A stretch of DNA of 64,000 nucleotides from Ruminococcus sp. Its GTDB lineage: Bacteria > Bacillota > Clostridia > Oscillospirales > Ruminococcaceae. Each line of letters starts with the position of its first letter. The first letter of the stretch is position 1. Both the position numbers and the translations under genes were made by a program. The stretch is from positions 8,957 through 72,956 of the forward strand of contig JAKSQU010000001.1 in assembly GCA_024403965.1 (NCBI GenBank), in the 5' to 3' direction. The notes beneath the pieces are model-generated. The model was not told the DNA's origin and did no database searches. It was given only the letters and a program-made list of their open reading frames with translations. Shown in pieces: positions 18,248 to 28,370 of the stretch.

Positions 18248-18673
18248 ATGTATATTCTGAAAACATCTGCATCATTTGACAGTGCGCATTTCCTTGCAGA
18301 CTATAATGGAAAATGTGCTAATCTGCATGGTCACCATTGGGTGATTGAAATTGAAGTAGGGCGTGAGCTTCTTCAGTATGAAGGCGAAAAGCGTGGTATG
18401 GTTATTGATTTCGGTGATTTGAAAAAAGAAGTACGTTCAGTTGCAGACAGCTTTGACCATGCTTTTATTTATGAGGAAAATTCTCTTCGTCCCGAAACTG
18501 TTAAGGCGCTTGACAATGAAGGATTTCGTCAGATACCTGTTCCCTTCCGTCCTACTGCTGAGAATTTCGCAAAACATTTTTATGACATTCTGAGAGATAA
18601 AGGAATTCCTGTTCTGCGTTCTACTGTCTATGAAACACCTGATAACTGCGCATCTTATGAGGTGCAGAAATGA
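18248..18673 (+). CDS. queD: 6-carboxytetrahydropterin synthase
   Basis: FDSAH; CANLHGH; PTAEN; VYET; start after AGGAG. Confidence 0.92.
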   Translation: MYILKTSASFDSAHFLADYNGKCANLHGHHWVIEIEVGRELLQYEGEKRGMVIDFGDLKKEVRSVADSFDHAFIYEENSLRPETVKALDNEGFRQIPVPFRPTAENFAKHFYDILRDKGIPVLRSTVYETPDNCASYEVQK

Positions 18674-19344
18674 ACGGTAATCTAATCTTTCCTGTAGCGG
18701 AACATTTTGTAAGTATTAATGGTGAAGGACAGGCTGTCGGTGAACTTGCACTGTTTATTCGTTTTTCAGGCTGTAATCTTGAATGCAGTTACTGTGATAC
18801 TAAATGGGCTAATCTTCCCGATGTACATGTTGAACTTTTGTCTGCTGATGATATATGCAAACTTGCATTAAGCTGTAATATTCATAATATTACGCTTACA
18901 GGCGGTGAACCGCTTTTACAGAAAAACATTTCTGTTCTGATAAATGAACTCGGAAAGCTTGGCTTTAGAGTGGAAATTGAAACAAACGGCAGTATTTCGC
19001 TTAATGAATTCTGTAAGTCAGAATTTCGTCCTTCTTTTACTATGGATTACAAACTGCCTTCGAGTCTTATGGAAAAGTATATGTGCAATGATAATTTCAA
19101 TTTACTGAACATGAATGATACAGTGAAATTTGTATGCGGTGATTTGTCTGACCTTGAACGTGCTTTGCAGATTATTGAAGAATTTACTCTTACAGAAAAA
19201 TGCAAGGTATATTTAAGCCCTGTTTTCAGCAAAATACAGCCGTCAGACATGGTTGAGTTTATGAAAAAACATAAAATGAATGGTGTAAAATTACAGTTAC
19301 AGTTACATAAATTTATATGGGAACCGAATGCGAAAGGAGTATGA
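18670..19344 (+). CDS. queE: 7-carboxy-7-deazaguanine synthase (radical SAM)
   Basis: SINGEG; CNLECSYCDT; TGGEP; ETNG; QLHK. Confidence 0.92.
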   Translation: MNGNLIFPVAEHFVSINGEGQAVGELALFIRFSGCNLECSYCDTKWANLPDVHVELLSADDICKLALSCNIHNITLTGGEPLLQKNISVLINELGKLGFRVEIETNGSISLNEFCKSEFRPSFTMDYKLPSSLMEKYMCNDNFNLLNMNDTVKFVCGDLSDLERALQIIEEFTLTEKCKVYLSPVFSKIQPSDMVEFMKKHKMNGVKLQLQLHKFIWEPNAKGV

Positions 19345-19347
19345 CGA

Positions 19348-19908
19348 ATGATTGACAAAAAAGCTATAGAAGAACATATCCGTGGAATTCTCATTGCTCT
19401 TGGTGATGACCCTGACAGAGAAGGTCTTGCTGAAACTCCTGAGCGTGTTGCCCGTATGTATGAAGAAGTTTTTGAGGGTATGAACTATTCAAATCATGAG
19501 ATTGCTGAGATGTTCAGCAAAACATTTGAAAGCTCGGATGATTCGTCAGCTGTTGTAGTGCGTGACATTGAGATTTTCAGCTATTGTGAACATCATCTGG
19601 CGCTTATGTATGATGTGAAGGTGAATGTTGCTTACATTCCGAAAGGAAGAGTAATAGGTCTGAGTAAAATAGCAAGAATATGCGATATGGCAGCAAAACG
19701 TTTACAGCTGCAGGAACGTCTTGGTTCAGATATTGCGGATATTATCGCTGAGGCAACAGGTTCGGATGATGTCGGAGTCGTCATAAGCGGTACACACAGC
19801 TGTATGACCGCAAGAGGAATAAAAAACACATCTGCACAGACAATAACGCATACAATGCGTGGAAAGTTTCGCACCGACTATTCACTGCAGAATTTAATAT
19901 CAAGATAA
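19348..19908 (+). CDS. folE: GTP cyclohydrolase I
   Basis: ETPERVA; CEHH; GLSK; QER; HSCMTARG. Confidence 0.93.
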   Translation: MIDKKAIEEHIRGILIALGDDPDREGLAETPERVARMYEEVFEGMNYSNHEIAEMFSKTFESSDDSSAVVVRDIEIFSYCEHHLALMYDVKVNVAYIPKGRVIGLSKIARICDMAAKRLQLQERLGSDIADIIAEATGSDDVGVVISGTHSCMTARGIKNTSAQTITHTMRGKFRTDYSLQNLISR

Positions 19909-19920
19909 GGAGAACTTAAA

Positions 19921-20604
19921 ATGAAAGCACTTGTTTTGTTCAGCGGAGGACTTGACAGTACAACCTGTCTGGCACTTGCTGTTGAAAAATACGGAGCATC
20001 TGAGGTTATGGCTCTTGCAATTTATTATGGCCAAAAGCATACAAAGGAAATAGAATCAGCTGAGAAAGTTGCAGAGTATTATGGTGTTACACTTAAAACG
20101 CTTGACCTTGCACTGATATTTGCAGATTCAGACTGCACACTTTTAAAGGGCAGTAACGGAGAAATTCCAAAGGAAAGCTATTCGGAACAGCTTAAAAAAA
20201 CTGACGGAAAGCCTGTTTCTACATATGTTCCGTTCAGAAACGGACTTTTTCTTTCATCTGCATCAAGTATAGCACTTGCAAACGGCTGTGAGGTTATCTA
20301 TTATGGAGCACACAGTGATGATTCAGCAGGCAATGCATATCCGGACTGCAGTTCAGAATTCAATAATGCTATGAATACAGCGATATGGCTTGGAAGCGGA
20401 CAGCAGTTAAAGATAGAGGCTCCGTTTGTAAATCTTACAAAGGCAGATGTAGTAGCTGAGGGAATAAGACTTGATGTTCCATATCACCTGACATGGAGCT
20501 GTTACGAGGGCGGAGATAAACCGTGCGGTATGTGCGGAACTTGTCGTGACAGAGCAGATGCTTTTGCTAAAAACGGAATTAAAGATCCTGCACTTGACAG
20601 ATAG
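19921..20604 (+). CDS. queC: 7-cyano-7-deazaguanine synthase
   Basis: SGGLDS; TYVPFRN; YPDC; TWSCY; CGMCGTC. Confidence 0.95.
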   Translation: MKALVLFSGGLDSTTCLALAVEKYGASEVMALAIYYGQKHTKEIESAEKVAEYYGVTLKTLDLALIFADSDCTLLKGSNGEIPKESYSEQLKKTDGKPVSTYVPFRNGLFLSSASSIALANGCEVIYYGAHSDDSAGNAYPDCSSEFNNAMNTAIWLGSGQQLKIEAPFVNLTKADVVAEGIRLDVPYHLTWSCYEGGDKPCGMCGTCRDRADAFAKNGIKDPALDR

Positions 20605-20615
20605 GAGTGATTGAA

Positions 20616-21110
20616 ATGGAAGAAAGAAACAAGGAAAAAGAAGGTATTACCCTTTTAGGAAATCAAAATACAAAGTATCCGTCAGACTATGACAAAGCAG
20701 TGCTTGAAACATTTGAAAACAAGCATCCCGACAGAGAATACTTTGTTAAATTCAACTGTCCTGAATTTACAAGTCTTTGTCCTATAACAGGACAGCCTGA
20801 CTTTGCAACCATATATATTTCATATGTTCCGAAAATAAAAATGGTAGAGAGCAAATCGTTAAAGCTTTATCTTTTCAGTTTTCGTAATCATGGCGATTTT
20901 CATGAGGATTGTGTAAATATTATCATGAATGATCTTATAGAACTTATGGATCCTTTATATATTGAAGTGTGGGGAAAATTCCTTCCAAGAGGCGGTATTT
21001 CAATTGATCCGTACTGTAATTATGGCGAAAAAGGTACTAAATGGGAACAGGTTGCATGGGACAGACTTGTACACCATGATCTGTATCCTGAGAGCGTTAA
21101 TAACAGATGA
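20616..21110 (+). CDS. queF: preQ1 synthase (preQ0 reductase)
   Basis: [15 protein letters not shown]; ESKSLKLY; FHE; PRGG. Confidence 0.95.
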   Translation: MEERNKEKEGITLLGNQNTKYPSDYDKAVLETFENKHPDREYFVKFNCPEFTSLCPITGQPDFATIYISYVPKIKMVESKSLKLYLFSFRNHGDFHEDCVNIIMNDLIELMDPLYIEVWGKFLPRGGISIDPYCNYGEKGTKWEQVAWDRLVHHDLYPESVNNR

Positions 21111-21187
21111 TTTTATATTGTTTTAACAATTAATCACCACTATTGATTTTTTTTAATCACTATGTTATAATAATATGGGTGATTAAA

Positions 21188-22525
21188 ATGAAAATATTAA
21201 GACGTTTATCGGCATTTCAAATTATTATTATAAGTTTTGCCTTAATTGTTCTGCTTGGTACAGGTTTGCTTATGCTCCCTATCTCAAGCAAAGAAAGAGT
21301 GGTTACACCGTTTCTTGACTCATTGTTTACTGCAACATCAGCTACCTGTGTAACAGGACTTGTTGTACAGGACACGGCTACTTACTGGAGTACATTCGGA
21401 AAATGTGTTCTTCTTACGCTTATTCAGATAGGCGGTCTTGGAGTTATTACAATCGCTATGTGGATTGCATGGATATCAGGACGAAAAATCGGTCTTATGC
21501 AGAGAGGCCTTATGCAGGAGTCGATTTCAGCATCAAATACTGGCGGAATTATCAGATTTACGTTATTTTCTGTAAAGATAACGCTTGCGCTTGAGGCTTT
21601 GGGAGCGTTTTTTCTGTCATTCAGATTCTGCAAAGAATATGGCTTGCTTGATGGAATAAAGTACTCTGTATTTCATTCAGTTTCAGCTTTCTGTAATGCA
21701 GGATTTGACCTTATGGGAACTAAGGAAAAATTTTCGTCACTTACAAGCGTTTCAAGTGAATGGTATCTTAATATCATAATTATTTTACTGATTGTTATCG
21801 GCGGTATTGGTTTCAATACATGGAACGATATTGTTGTCAATAAGTTCAAAATAAAGAAATACAGTATGCAGAGTAAGGCTATTTTACTAACTTCTCTGTT
21901 GCTTATTGTTATTCCGGCTGTTTATTTTTATTTCTTTGATTTTTCAGACAGCAGATGGTCTATGAGTACAAGTCATGGTGTACTTGCATCATTGTTTCAA
22001 TCTGTTACAATGAGAACAGCAGGTTTCAATACTGTTGATTTAAGTCAGATGTCTGGCGGTTCAACTGTAATTATGATTTTTCTCATGCTTATAGGCGGTT
22101 CACCTGGTTCAACAGCAGGTGGTTTAAAAACTACTACAGTTGCAGTTCTTTTTGCATCAACTTTTTCTGTATTCAGAAGAAACAAACAGACAAAAATGTT
22201 CGGAAGAAGTATTTCGGAAGAAACAGTTCAGAACGCATCGGCAATACTTATGCTGTATCTTATGCTGTTTATGGCATCTGCCGTGGGTATTTTCACAATC
22301 GAAGGTGTTCCGATAAGAGAATGTCTTTTTGAATGTGCATCAGCTGTAGGTACTGTAGGACTTTCACTTGGTCTTACAACACAGCTTTGCAGTGCATCAA
22401 GAATTATTATTATTTTACTTATGTTTATAGGCAGAGTGGGTGGACTTACTATGATTTATGCGGCTGTTTCAAAGAAACAGTCAGATGTTGCAAAACTTCC
22501 ACAGGAAAGAATTACAGTTGGATAA
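21188..22525 (+). CDS. ktrB: Ktr/Trk K+ uptake membrane subunit (KtrB/TrkH family)
   Basis: Four pore motifs TCVTG, FCNAG, RTAG, GTVG; GSTAGG; GRVG. Confidence 0.85.
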   Translation: MKILRRLSAFQIIIISFALIVLLGTGLLMLPISSKERVVTPFLDSLFTATSATCVTGLVVQDTATYWSTFGKCVLLTLIQIGGLGVITIAMWIAWISGRKIGLMQRGLMQESISASNTGGIIRFTLFSVKITLALEALGAFFLSFRFCKEYGLLDGIKYSVFHSVSAFCNAGFDLMGTKEKFSSLTSVSSEWYLNIIIILLIVIGGIGFNTWNDIVVNKFKIKKYSMQSKAILLTSLLLIVIPAVYFYFFDFSDSRWSMSTSHGVLASLFQSVTMRTAGFNTVDLSQMSGGSTVIMIFLMLIGGSPGSTAGGLKTTTVAVLFASTFSVFRRNKQTKMFGRSISEETVQNASAILMLYLMLFMASAVGIFTIEGVPIRECLFECASAVGTVGLSLGLTTQLCSASRIIIILLMFIGRVGGLTMIYAAVSKKQSDVAKLPQERITVG

Positions 22526-22538
22526 AAGGAGAAATGTT

Positions 22539-23186
22539 ATGAAATCAGTTTTAATTATCGGTATGGGCAGATTCGGTACTCATATTGCACAGGAACTTTA
22601 TAATATCGGTCATGAAGTAATGGCAATTGATGTAAATGAAACAAGAATAAATAATGTAATGAATATTGTTACAAACGCTCAGATTGGAGATGCATCGGAT
22701 ATTTCACTGCTTAAATCAATCGGTGTACGCAATTTTGATGTGTGTATAGTAACAGTTGCAGAGAATTTTCAGACATCACTTGAAGTAACATATCAGCTTA
22801 AAGAACTTGGTGCGAACTATATAGTATCAAGAGCGGCAAATGAATCACAGCGTAAATTTCTGCTTAGAAACGGTGCAGATGAAGTTGTATATCCAGAGAA
22901 ACAGCTTGCGTCATGGGCAGCTATCAGATACACAGCTGACCATATTCATGATTACATACAGCTTCCTGGTGAATATTCAATTTATGAAGTTGACATTCCT
23001 GACAAATGGTTAGGTCACACAATCGGAAGTCTTGATATCAGAAGAAAATACAATGTCAATATCCTTGCTGTAAAGGCAAACGGAAAACTTAATCCTGAGA
23101 TTACTCCAGACACAGTATTTCGTGATGGAGAAACAATCTTAGTACTCGGCAGTGAAAAAATGCTGAAGAAGTGGTTCCATTTATAA
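22539..23186 (+). CDS. ktrA: Ktr/Trk regulatory RCK subunit
   Basis: IGMGRFG RCK_N; GADEVVYPE; RCK_C domain. Confidence 0.85.
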   Translation: MKSVLIIGMGRFGTHIAQELYNIGHEVMAIDVNETRINNVMNIVTNAQIGDASDISLLKSIGVRNFDVCIVTVAENFQTSLEVTYQLKELGANYIVSRAANESQRKFLLRNGADEVVYPEKQLASWAAIRYTADHIHDYIQLPGEYSIYEVDIPDKWLGHTIGSLDIRRKYNVNILAVKANGKLNPEITPDTVFRDGETILVLGSEKMLKKWFHL

Positions 23187-23198
23187 TCAATAAGATGT

Positions 23199-23234
23199 AA
23201 AATCGGTTTGAGACTATCTCAGACCGATTTTTTT
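23199..23234 (+). terminator. Intrinsic terminator
   Basis: AAAATCGGTTTGAG/CTCAGACCGATTTT followed by a T tract. Confidence 0.75.
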
Positions 23235-23357
23235 AATATTTAATAGAATGCAAAATTAAATACAAATACATGAATATTATAATTCAATATTAAAAGCTAT
23301 AAACATTACACAGATTAACAACAACATAATTGTGCAAGTGTACAAATTTGATTTGAA

Positions 23358-23397
23358 TTTCGTCTTTTTTGCCTTTGAAATTCACTTACTTATGAAA
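23358..23397 (+). promoter_or_regulatory. Putative ECF-dependent promoter, copy of the 14735-14774 element
   Basis: TTTCGTCTTTTTTGCC-N8-TCACTTA-N2-TATGAAA, ending ~10 nt before the AGGAGG RBS. Confidence 0.7.
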
Positions 23398-23418
23398 ACT
23401 ATTTTTAGGAGGTTTTTT

Positions 23419-25638
23419 ATGAAAAAATTAATTACATTTCTTTTAGCAATTGCAACGATTTCAATGGGTGCAGGCTGTACCAAACAGGACAAACCATCCG
23501 AAACGATTCAATCGGAAATGCTGTCTCTCAAATCCGCCGATATAAATATGGCGGATGATTTTTCAGAAATTCTCTGCACAGATATTCGTGACAGGGACTA
23601 TTTCATATTCGGCAAGCTGAATTCGGGTGAATACAGCGGATATATTACCAATACTCAATTTGCTGAGAAAAAATCTTTTATATTTTCTCCACATGAAGAT
23701 GAAGTAATTAAAACCGCCGCATTGATGAAATCAAGAAAAACAGCTGTTCTCACTACCCTTGACGAAGAAACATTTATATACACATTTGACAGTAATGGGA
23801 ATATCGAAAACACATATAATCTTGGTGAAATCTTGTCGCCTGATGACTATTTTACAGAAATGATCTATGCAGAGGACGGATTTTATATCAATATAAATCG
23901 TGAAAGTCTTGTGTACATTGATGCAAACGGTAATTTCAAAGGAAATGTTGATACAGGCAGACGAATTGTTTGTGGAATTGTTAATGACAGCAACGGTTCT
24001 CCAGCTGTCCTTATGAGCCAAAACAGTAATATGTTTTTAGGTACGCTCAATAATGGGAACATTACAGAAGAAGTTGAATGCGGTGAGCTTACCGACTATA
24101 CACAAGCCATATGCGGTGGTAAAGGTGATTACAGAATATCTGCTGTACTTCCAAATGGTTTGCATGGTTTAAAAGATAATAAATGGGAAAAGCTTTCTGA
24201 TTTTTCGGAGAATGATTTCAGAACAAGTGATATTCTTGATATTGAAATGGTAAACAATGATGAATATACTGTTCTGTTGAGAGAGATTAACGGTAAAACA
24301 TCAATGAGACTCTTATCTCAACGTGATATTTCGGAGATAAAAACTAAAAATATCATAAAGTTAGCTAACGTTGCAATAAGTGAATATGATCCGTACAATG
24401 AACTTATTAAGAAATATAATTCTGAAAGTGAAGATAATAAGATAGAAGTTGTAAACTATCGTTCAGAGCTTATTGAAGATGCGATACGTTCACTTGACCT
24501 TGATATAATTTCAGGCAATGCACCAGATATTGTTCTTTTCAATTCTTATGCTCCGGTAGAAAATTTTGGAAATAAAGAATCTCTTTTTGTTGATATGTAC
24601 AAGCTTATTGACAACGATGCGGAAATAAACAGAAATGATTTCCTCGATGGATTTCTTGAAAGCTTGGAAACAAATGGAAAACTGTTGCAGATAGCACAAT
24701 CTTTTGGTGTGAATTCGTATATGATAAAAGAAAAATTTGCAAATGGCTTAAACTCATGGAGCCTTGACGAATTAGAGAAAATATATAAAGCGAATTCTGA
24801 AAATATGTTATTTACATATTCATCTCAGTATTTGGATATGAATTATATGCTTGATGAATTATTGGTTTTCTCTCGTTTTTATGATAAAGATACTGCTGAA
24901 TGTCGTTTTAATTCAGCTGAATTTATCGAAACAATGAAATTTCTAAAAAACAACAACATAGGTCTGGCACCAAATGCCGCAAGAAACACCGAAATCAACA
25001 GTGGAGCAGATTGTGATATAAATGCATTCAGAAAAGATGAAGTCCTTGTTCAGAAAACAGAAATATACGGATTCTCATATTTCAGAGAATATCAGCAGGT
25101 TTACAGTGACGAAAATGTTATTTTTATCGGTTTTCCAAGCGAGGATAATATTAATGCAATCTCTATGCCCATCGGCGGATATGGAATTATGGCTAATTCC
25201 AAAAATATCGAAGGAGCATGGGATTTCCTGAAATATTATTTATTCAGCGAGGACAGCAACAACTACTATGAAAATTCTTCCAATTTCTCAGGATTAGAAA
25301 AATACTATAAAGAACAGCTTGATTATTTCTGTACAAGTCATACATATATAGATTCTGAAACTGGTGAAGAAAAGAATAGTGACGAATATATATACTATCC
25401 GCCTGATAGTTCAGATGAGTTTGTAACAGTAGAATTGCAACCGTTTACTGAGAAGGAATCCAGAAGAAATGATGAATTTATACGAGCAGCTTTAAAGAAT
25501 TCAATAAAGTCTGATGTTCAAATTCAAGATATTGTAACAGAAGAAACAGCAGCTTATTTCGCTGATGAACGTTCAGCTGAGAAAACTGCTGAAATAATTC
25601 AAAATCGTGTCAGTATTTATCTGAGTGAACAATCTTAA
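23419..25638 (+). CDS. Large orphan extracellular solute-binding lipoprotein (N-terminal beta-rich region plus sugar-binding SBP-like domain)
   Basis: AGGAGG RBS; lipobox GAGC; DIISGNAPDI; FIGFPS; GAWDFLK; IIQNRVSIYLSE. No adjacent permease genes. Confidence 0.8.
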   Translation: MKKLITFLLAIATISMGAGCTKQDKPSETIQSEMLSLKSADINMADDFSEILCTDIRDRDYFIFGKLNSGEYSGYITNTQFAEKKSFIFSPHEDEVIKTAALMKSRKTAVLTTLDEETFIYTFDSNGNIENTYNLGEILSPDDYFTEMIYAEDGFYININRESLVYIDANGNFKGNVDTGRRIVCGIVNDSNGSPAVLMSQNSNMFLGTLNNGNITEEVECGELTDYTQAICGGKGDYRISAVLPNGLHGLKDNKWEKLSDFSENDFRTSDILDIEMVNNDEYTVLLREINGKTSMRLLSQRDISEIKTKNIIKLANVAISEYDPYNELIKKYNSESEDNKIEVVNYRSELIEDAIRSLDLDIISGNAPDIVLFNSYAPVENFGNKESLFVDMYKLIDNDAEINRNDFLDGFLESLETNGKLLQIAQSFGVNSYMIKEKFANGLNSWSLDELEKIYKANSENMLFTYSSQYLDMNYMLDELLVFSRFYDKDTAECRFNSAEFIETMKFLKNNNIGLAPNAARNTEINSGADCDINAFRKDEVLVQKTEIYGFSYFREYQQVYSDENVIFIGFPSEDNINAISMPIGGYGIMANSKNIEGAWDFLKYYLFSEDSNNYYENSSNFSGLEKYYKEQLDYFCTSHTYIDSETGEEKNSDEYIYYPPDSSDEFVTVELQPFTEKESRRNDEFIRAALKNSIKSDVQIQDIVTEETAAYFADERSAEKTAEIIQNRVSIYLSEQS

Positions 25639-25660
25639 TTCTTTAACAAAATAAAAGAAA

Positions 25661-25696
25661 ATCCCAGTATTTAGCCAATGACTAAATACTGGGATA
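25661..25696. terminator. Bidirectional terminator between the SBP gene and tRNA-Lys
   Basis: ATCCCAGTATTTAG/CTAAATACTGGGAT inverted repeat. Confidence 0.7.
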
Positions 25697-25703
25697 TAAC
25701 TCA

Positions 25704-25779
25704 TGGTGAGACATGAGGGATTTGAACCCTCGACCCTACGCTTAAAAGGCGTATGCTCTACCGACTGAGCTAATGTCTC
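25704..25779 (-). tRNA. tRNA-Lys (TTT)
   Basis: GAGACAT/ATGTCTC acceptor stem; anticodon arm TACGC-CTTTTAA-GCGTA; encoded CCA; own TTGACT-17-TATAAT promoter. Confidence 0.95.
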
Positions 25780-25955
25780 ACAACAGATATTATTATACCA
25801 AACTTATCAGGAAAAGTCAAGCAATTTTTAGTTTTTTTACATATGCGTTAATATATTCTTTGCTCAGTTGAATAATAAGTGCATGATGACGATTTATCAA
25901 AAAGTGCTTGACAATTTAAGAATAACGTGATATAATAATTAAGTCGTTGAACGAT

Positions 25956-26032
25956 GTGCTTGTAGCTCAGCTGGATAGAGTGACTGGCTACGAACCAGTA
26001 GGTCGGGGGTTCGAATCCCTCCAGGCACGCCA
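25956..26032 (+). tRNA. tRNA-Arg (ACG)
   Basis: GTGCTTG/CAGGCAC acceptor stem; ACTGG-CTACGAA-CCAGT; TTCGAAT; CCA; own TTGACA-17-TATAAT promoter. Confidence 0.97.
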
Positions 26033-26176
26033 AAACCCATCATTTATGATGGGTTTTTTATTTTGTATAAAAACTGTATAATTATTTTTCTTTAGTACTT
26101 GACCTTTTCTGTAAAATGGTGTAAAATAATAGTATATCAGCAGATTATAGTCTGCAAATTTTGGAGGTAATTAAAA

Positions 26177-26758
26177 ATGGCTAAGAATTTTATTGTTGAA
26201 ACATCTGCTCGTCACGTTCATGTTACTCAGGAACATCTTGAAGTTCTTTTTGGCAAGGGCTATGAGCTTACAAAGAAGAAGGATCTTTCACAGCCTGGTC
26301 AGTTTGCATGTGAAGAAAGAGTTACAGTTATTGGACCTAAAAAGGAACTTGCTGGTGTATCTATTCTCGGACCTGTTCGTCCTGAAACTCAGGTTGAGCT
26401 TTCAGCTACAGATGCTCGTTCAATCGGTATTGCTGCTCCTATCAAGGAATCAGGAGATATTGCTGGTTCAGGTGCATGCAAGCTCGTTGGTCCATGCGGC
26501 GAAGTTGAACTCAGTGAAGGTGTTATCGTTGCTAAGAGACACATTCACCTTACTCCTGCTGATGCTGAAGAACTCGGTGTTGTTGACAAGCAGGTTGTAT
26601 GGGTAAAGGTTGCTACACCTGAGAGAAGTGCTGTTCTCGGTGACGTTGTATGTCGTGTGTCTGACAAGTATGCTCGTGCTATGCACATTGATACTGATGA
26701 GTCAAATGCAATCGGTGCTCCAAGAGAGCTTTACGGCGAAATCGTTGAAATCGGCTGA
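26177..26758 (+). CDS. pduL: PduL-type phosphate acyltransferase, stand-alone
   Basis: SARHVH; LSQPGQFA; KRHIH; MHIDTDESNA. Confidence 0.9.
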   Translation: MAKNFIVETSARHVHVTQEHLEVLFGKGYELTKKKDLSQPGQFACEERVTVIGPKKELAGVSILGPVRPETQVELSATDARSIGIAAPIKESGDIAGSGACKLVGPCGEVELSEGVIVAKRHIHLTPADAEELGVVDKQVVWVKVATPERSAVLGDVVCRVSDKYARAMHIDTDESNAIGAPRELYGEIVEIG

Positions 26759-26829
26759 TTTTAGTCTTTTGAGTGCACAGAAAACAACTGTGCACTCTTT
26801 TTTTATTATTATTTTAAAGGAGAATAAAT

Positions 26830-28101
26830 ATGTCTGTACCATTAGCCGATAAGATTCGTCCTAAATCACTTGAAGATGTTGTAGGACAGGAGCATCTTCT
26901 TGCAGAAGGCAAACCGTTACGCAAAATCATTGACAGTGGAATAGTTCCTAATATGATTTTTTATGGTCCGTCGGGAGTCGGAAAGACCACAGTTGCCCGT
27001 ATTATTGCTGAAAACTGTGGAATGTCACTTTATAAACTTAACGGAACAAATGCATCAATTTCTGATATTAAAGATGTTGTTGCGGATATTGGTACATTCG
27101 GTTCGGAAAATGGTATTCTTCTTTATCTGGATGAGATTCAGTACTTGAATAAGAAACAGCAGCAAAGTCTGCTTGAATATATCGAAAACGGCGATATAAC
27201 ACTTATTTCGTCAACTACAGAAAATCCGTATTTTTCAGTATATAACGCTGTAATAAGCCGTAGTACAGTATTTGAGTTCAAGCCTGTAACAGCACAGCAG
27301 CTCTCCCCTGCTATTCGTCGTGCATTTCGTATTATTTCAGAAGAGAATGGATATACAGTTGATGCTGATGACAGCATAATTGAAAAAATTGCGTACAGTT
27401 GCGGCGGAGATGTACGAAAAGCAATGAATACCGCTGAACTTGCTGTTGTATGCGGAGAAATGTCAGAAGGAAAAGTTACGGTTACAGAGGATTCACTTAA
27501 AATTCTTGCACAGCGCAGTAATATGCGTTATGACAGAGACGGTGACCAGCATTATGATATACTTTCAGCATTGCAGAAATCAATCCGTGGTTCTGATGAG
27601 AATGCGGCTCTGCACTATGCAGCAAGACTTATTGAGGCGGGAGATATTATTTCACTCACCCGTCGTCTGCTTGTTATTGCTGCTGAGGATATCGGACTTG
27701 CATATCCTCAGGCAATAGCTATAGTAAAAGCGTGTGTTGACTCTGCACTGCAGCTTGGACTTCCTGAGGCTCGTATACCGCTTGCAGAGGCAATAATACT
27801 TCTTGCAACAGCTCCGAAATCAAACAGCGCTGAATCTGCTATAGATGCGGCAATAGAAGATTTACGTTCATGTGATGCACTCGATTTTCCACGTCATTTA
27901 CAAAATAAGCACTTTGACGGAAAAGGTGCTGCTGTAGTCGGACAAAATTACAAATATCCTCATTCATATAAGAATCATTATGTAAAACAGCAGTATCTTC
28001 CTGACGCACTTGTCGGACACGTTTATTATAATTATGGTGATAATAAACAGGAACAGTCTGCTTATGCATACAGACAAAAAATTCTCAGTGAAGCTGATTA
28101 A
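26830..28101 (+). CDS. rarA: Replication-associated recombination protein A (AAA+)
   Basis: PLADKIRP; GPSGVGKTT; TTENP; SALQKSIRGSD; EDIGLA; YKYPH. Confidence 0.93.
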   Translation: MSVPLADKIRPKSLEDVVGQEHLLAEGKPLRKIIDSGIVPNMIFYGPSGVGKTTVARIIAENCGMSLYKLNGTNASISDIKDVVADIGTFGSENGILLYLDEIQYLNKKQQQSLLEYIENGDITLISSTTENPYFSVYNAVISRSTVFEFKPVTAQQLSPAIRRAFRIISEENGYTVDADDSIIEKIAYSCGGDVRKAMNTAELAVVCGEMSEGKVTVTEDSLKILAQRSNMRYDRDGDQHYDILSALQKSIRGSDENAALHYAARLIEAGDIISLTRRLLVIAAEDIGLAYPQAIAIVKACVDSALQLGLPEARIPLAEAIILLATAPKSNSAESAIDAAIEDLRSCDALDFPRHLQNKHFDGKGAAVVGQNYKYPHSYKNHYVKQQYLPDALVGHVYYNYGDNKQEQSAYAYRQKILSEAD

Positions 28102-28310
28102 CTAAAAATAAAACACCGCACAAAGCATTAATCTGATATTCTTTGTGCGGTATTTATTTTTTCAACAGACAGATAGTGCTGTTTTCCAATAAAATCAAGA
28201 AAAACAGATTTTTTCGTTTAAAATTAACAAATCATTTTATTAGTACGCTTTTGTCTGCTGAAATGCTTGACAAAATAACTGAAAAGTGATATAGTAATTA
28301 AGTAATGTAC

Positions 28311-28335
28311 AATTGTTCACCACAAACGGACAATT
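28311..28335. promoter_or_regulatory. Inverted-repeat operator downstream of the promoter (candidate ThrR-type site)
   Basis: AATTGTTC-N9-GGACAATT, just 3' of TTGACA(28267)-17-TATAGT. Confidence 0.55.
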
Positions 28336-28370
28336 TTAAAATTTGCATTCTTTAGATGAGGATTATTTCT

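Noticed and set aside
18248-21110. que genes as a 7-deazaguanine DNA-modification or anti-phage (Dpd/Qat) island
   Set aside because: A preQ1 riboswitch and queF are present and no dpdA or qat partners are seen; ordinary queuosine precursor operon.
21111-21187. c-di-AMP riboswitch before ktrBA
   Set aside because: The intergenic gap is under 80 nt and AT-rich with no aptamer motifs.
18080-25779. Possible island integrated at the tRNA-Lys 3' end
   Set aside because: No integrase and no duplicated tRNA 3' end (att site) found.
25848-26033. 61-aa ORF (MACLEGFEPPTYWFV...)
   Set aside because: Antisense translation of tRNA-Arg.
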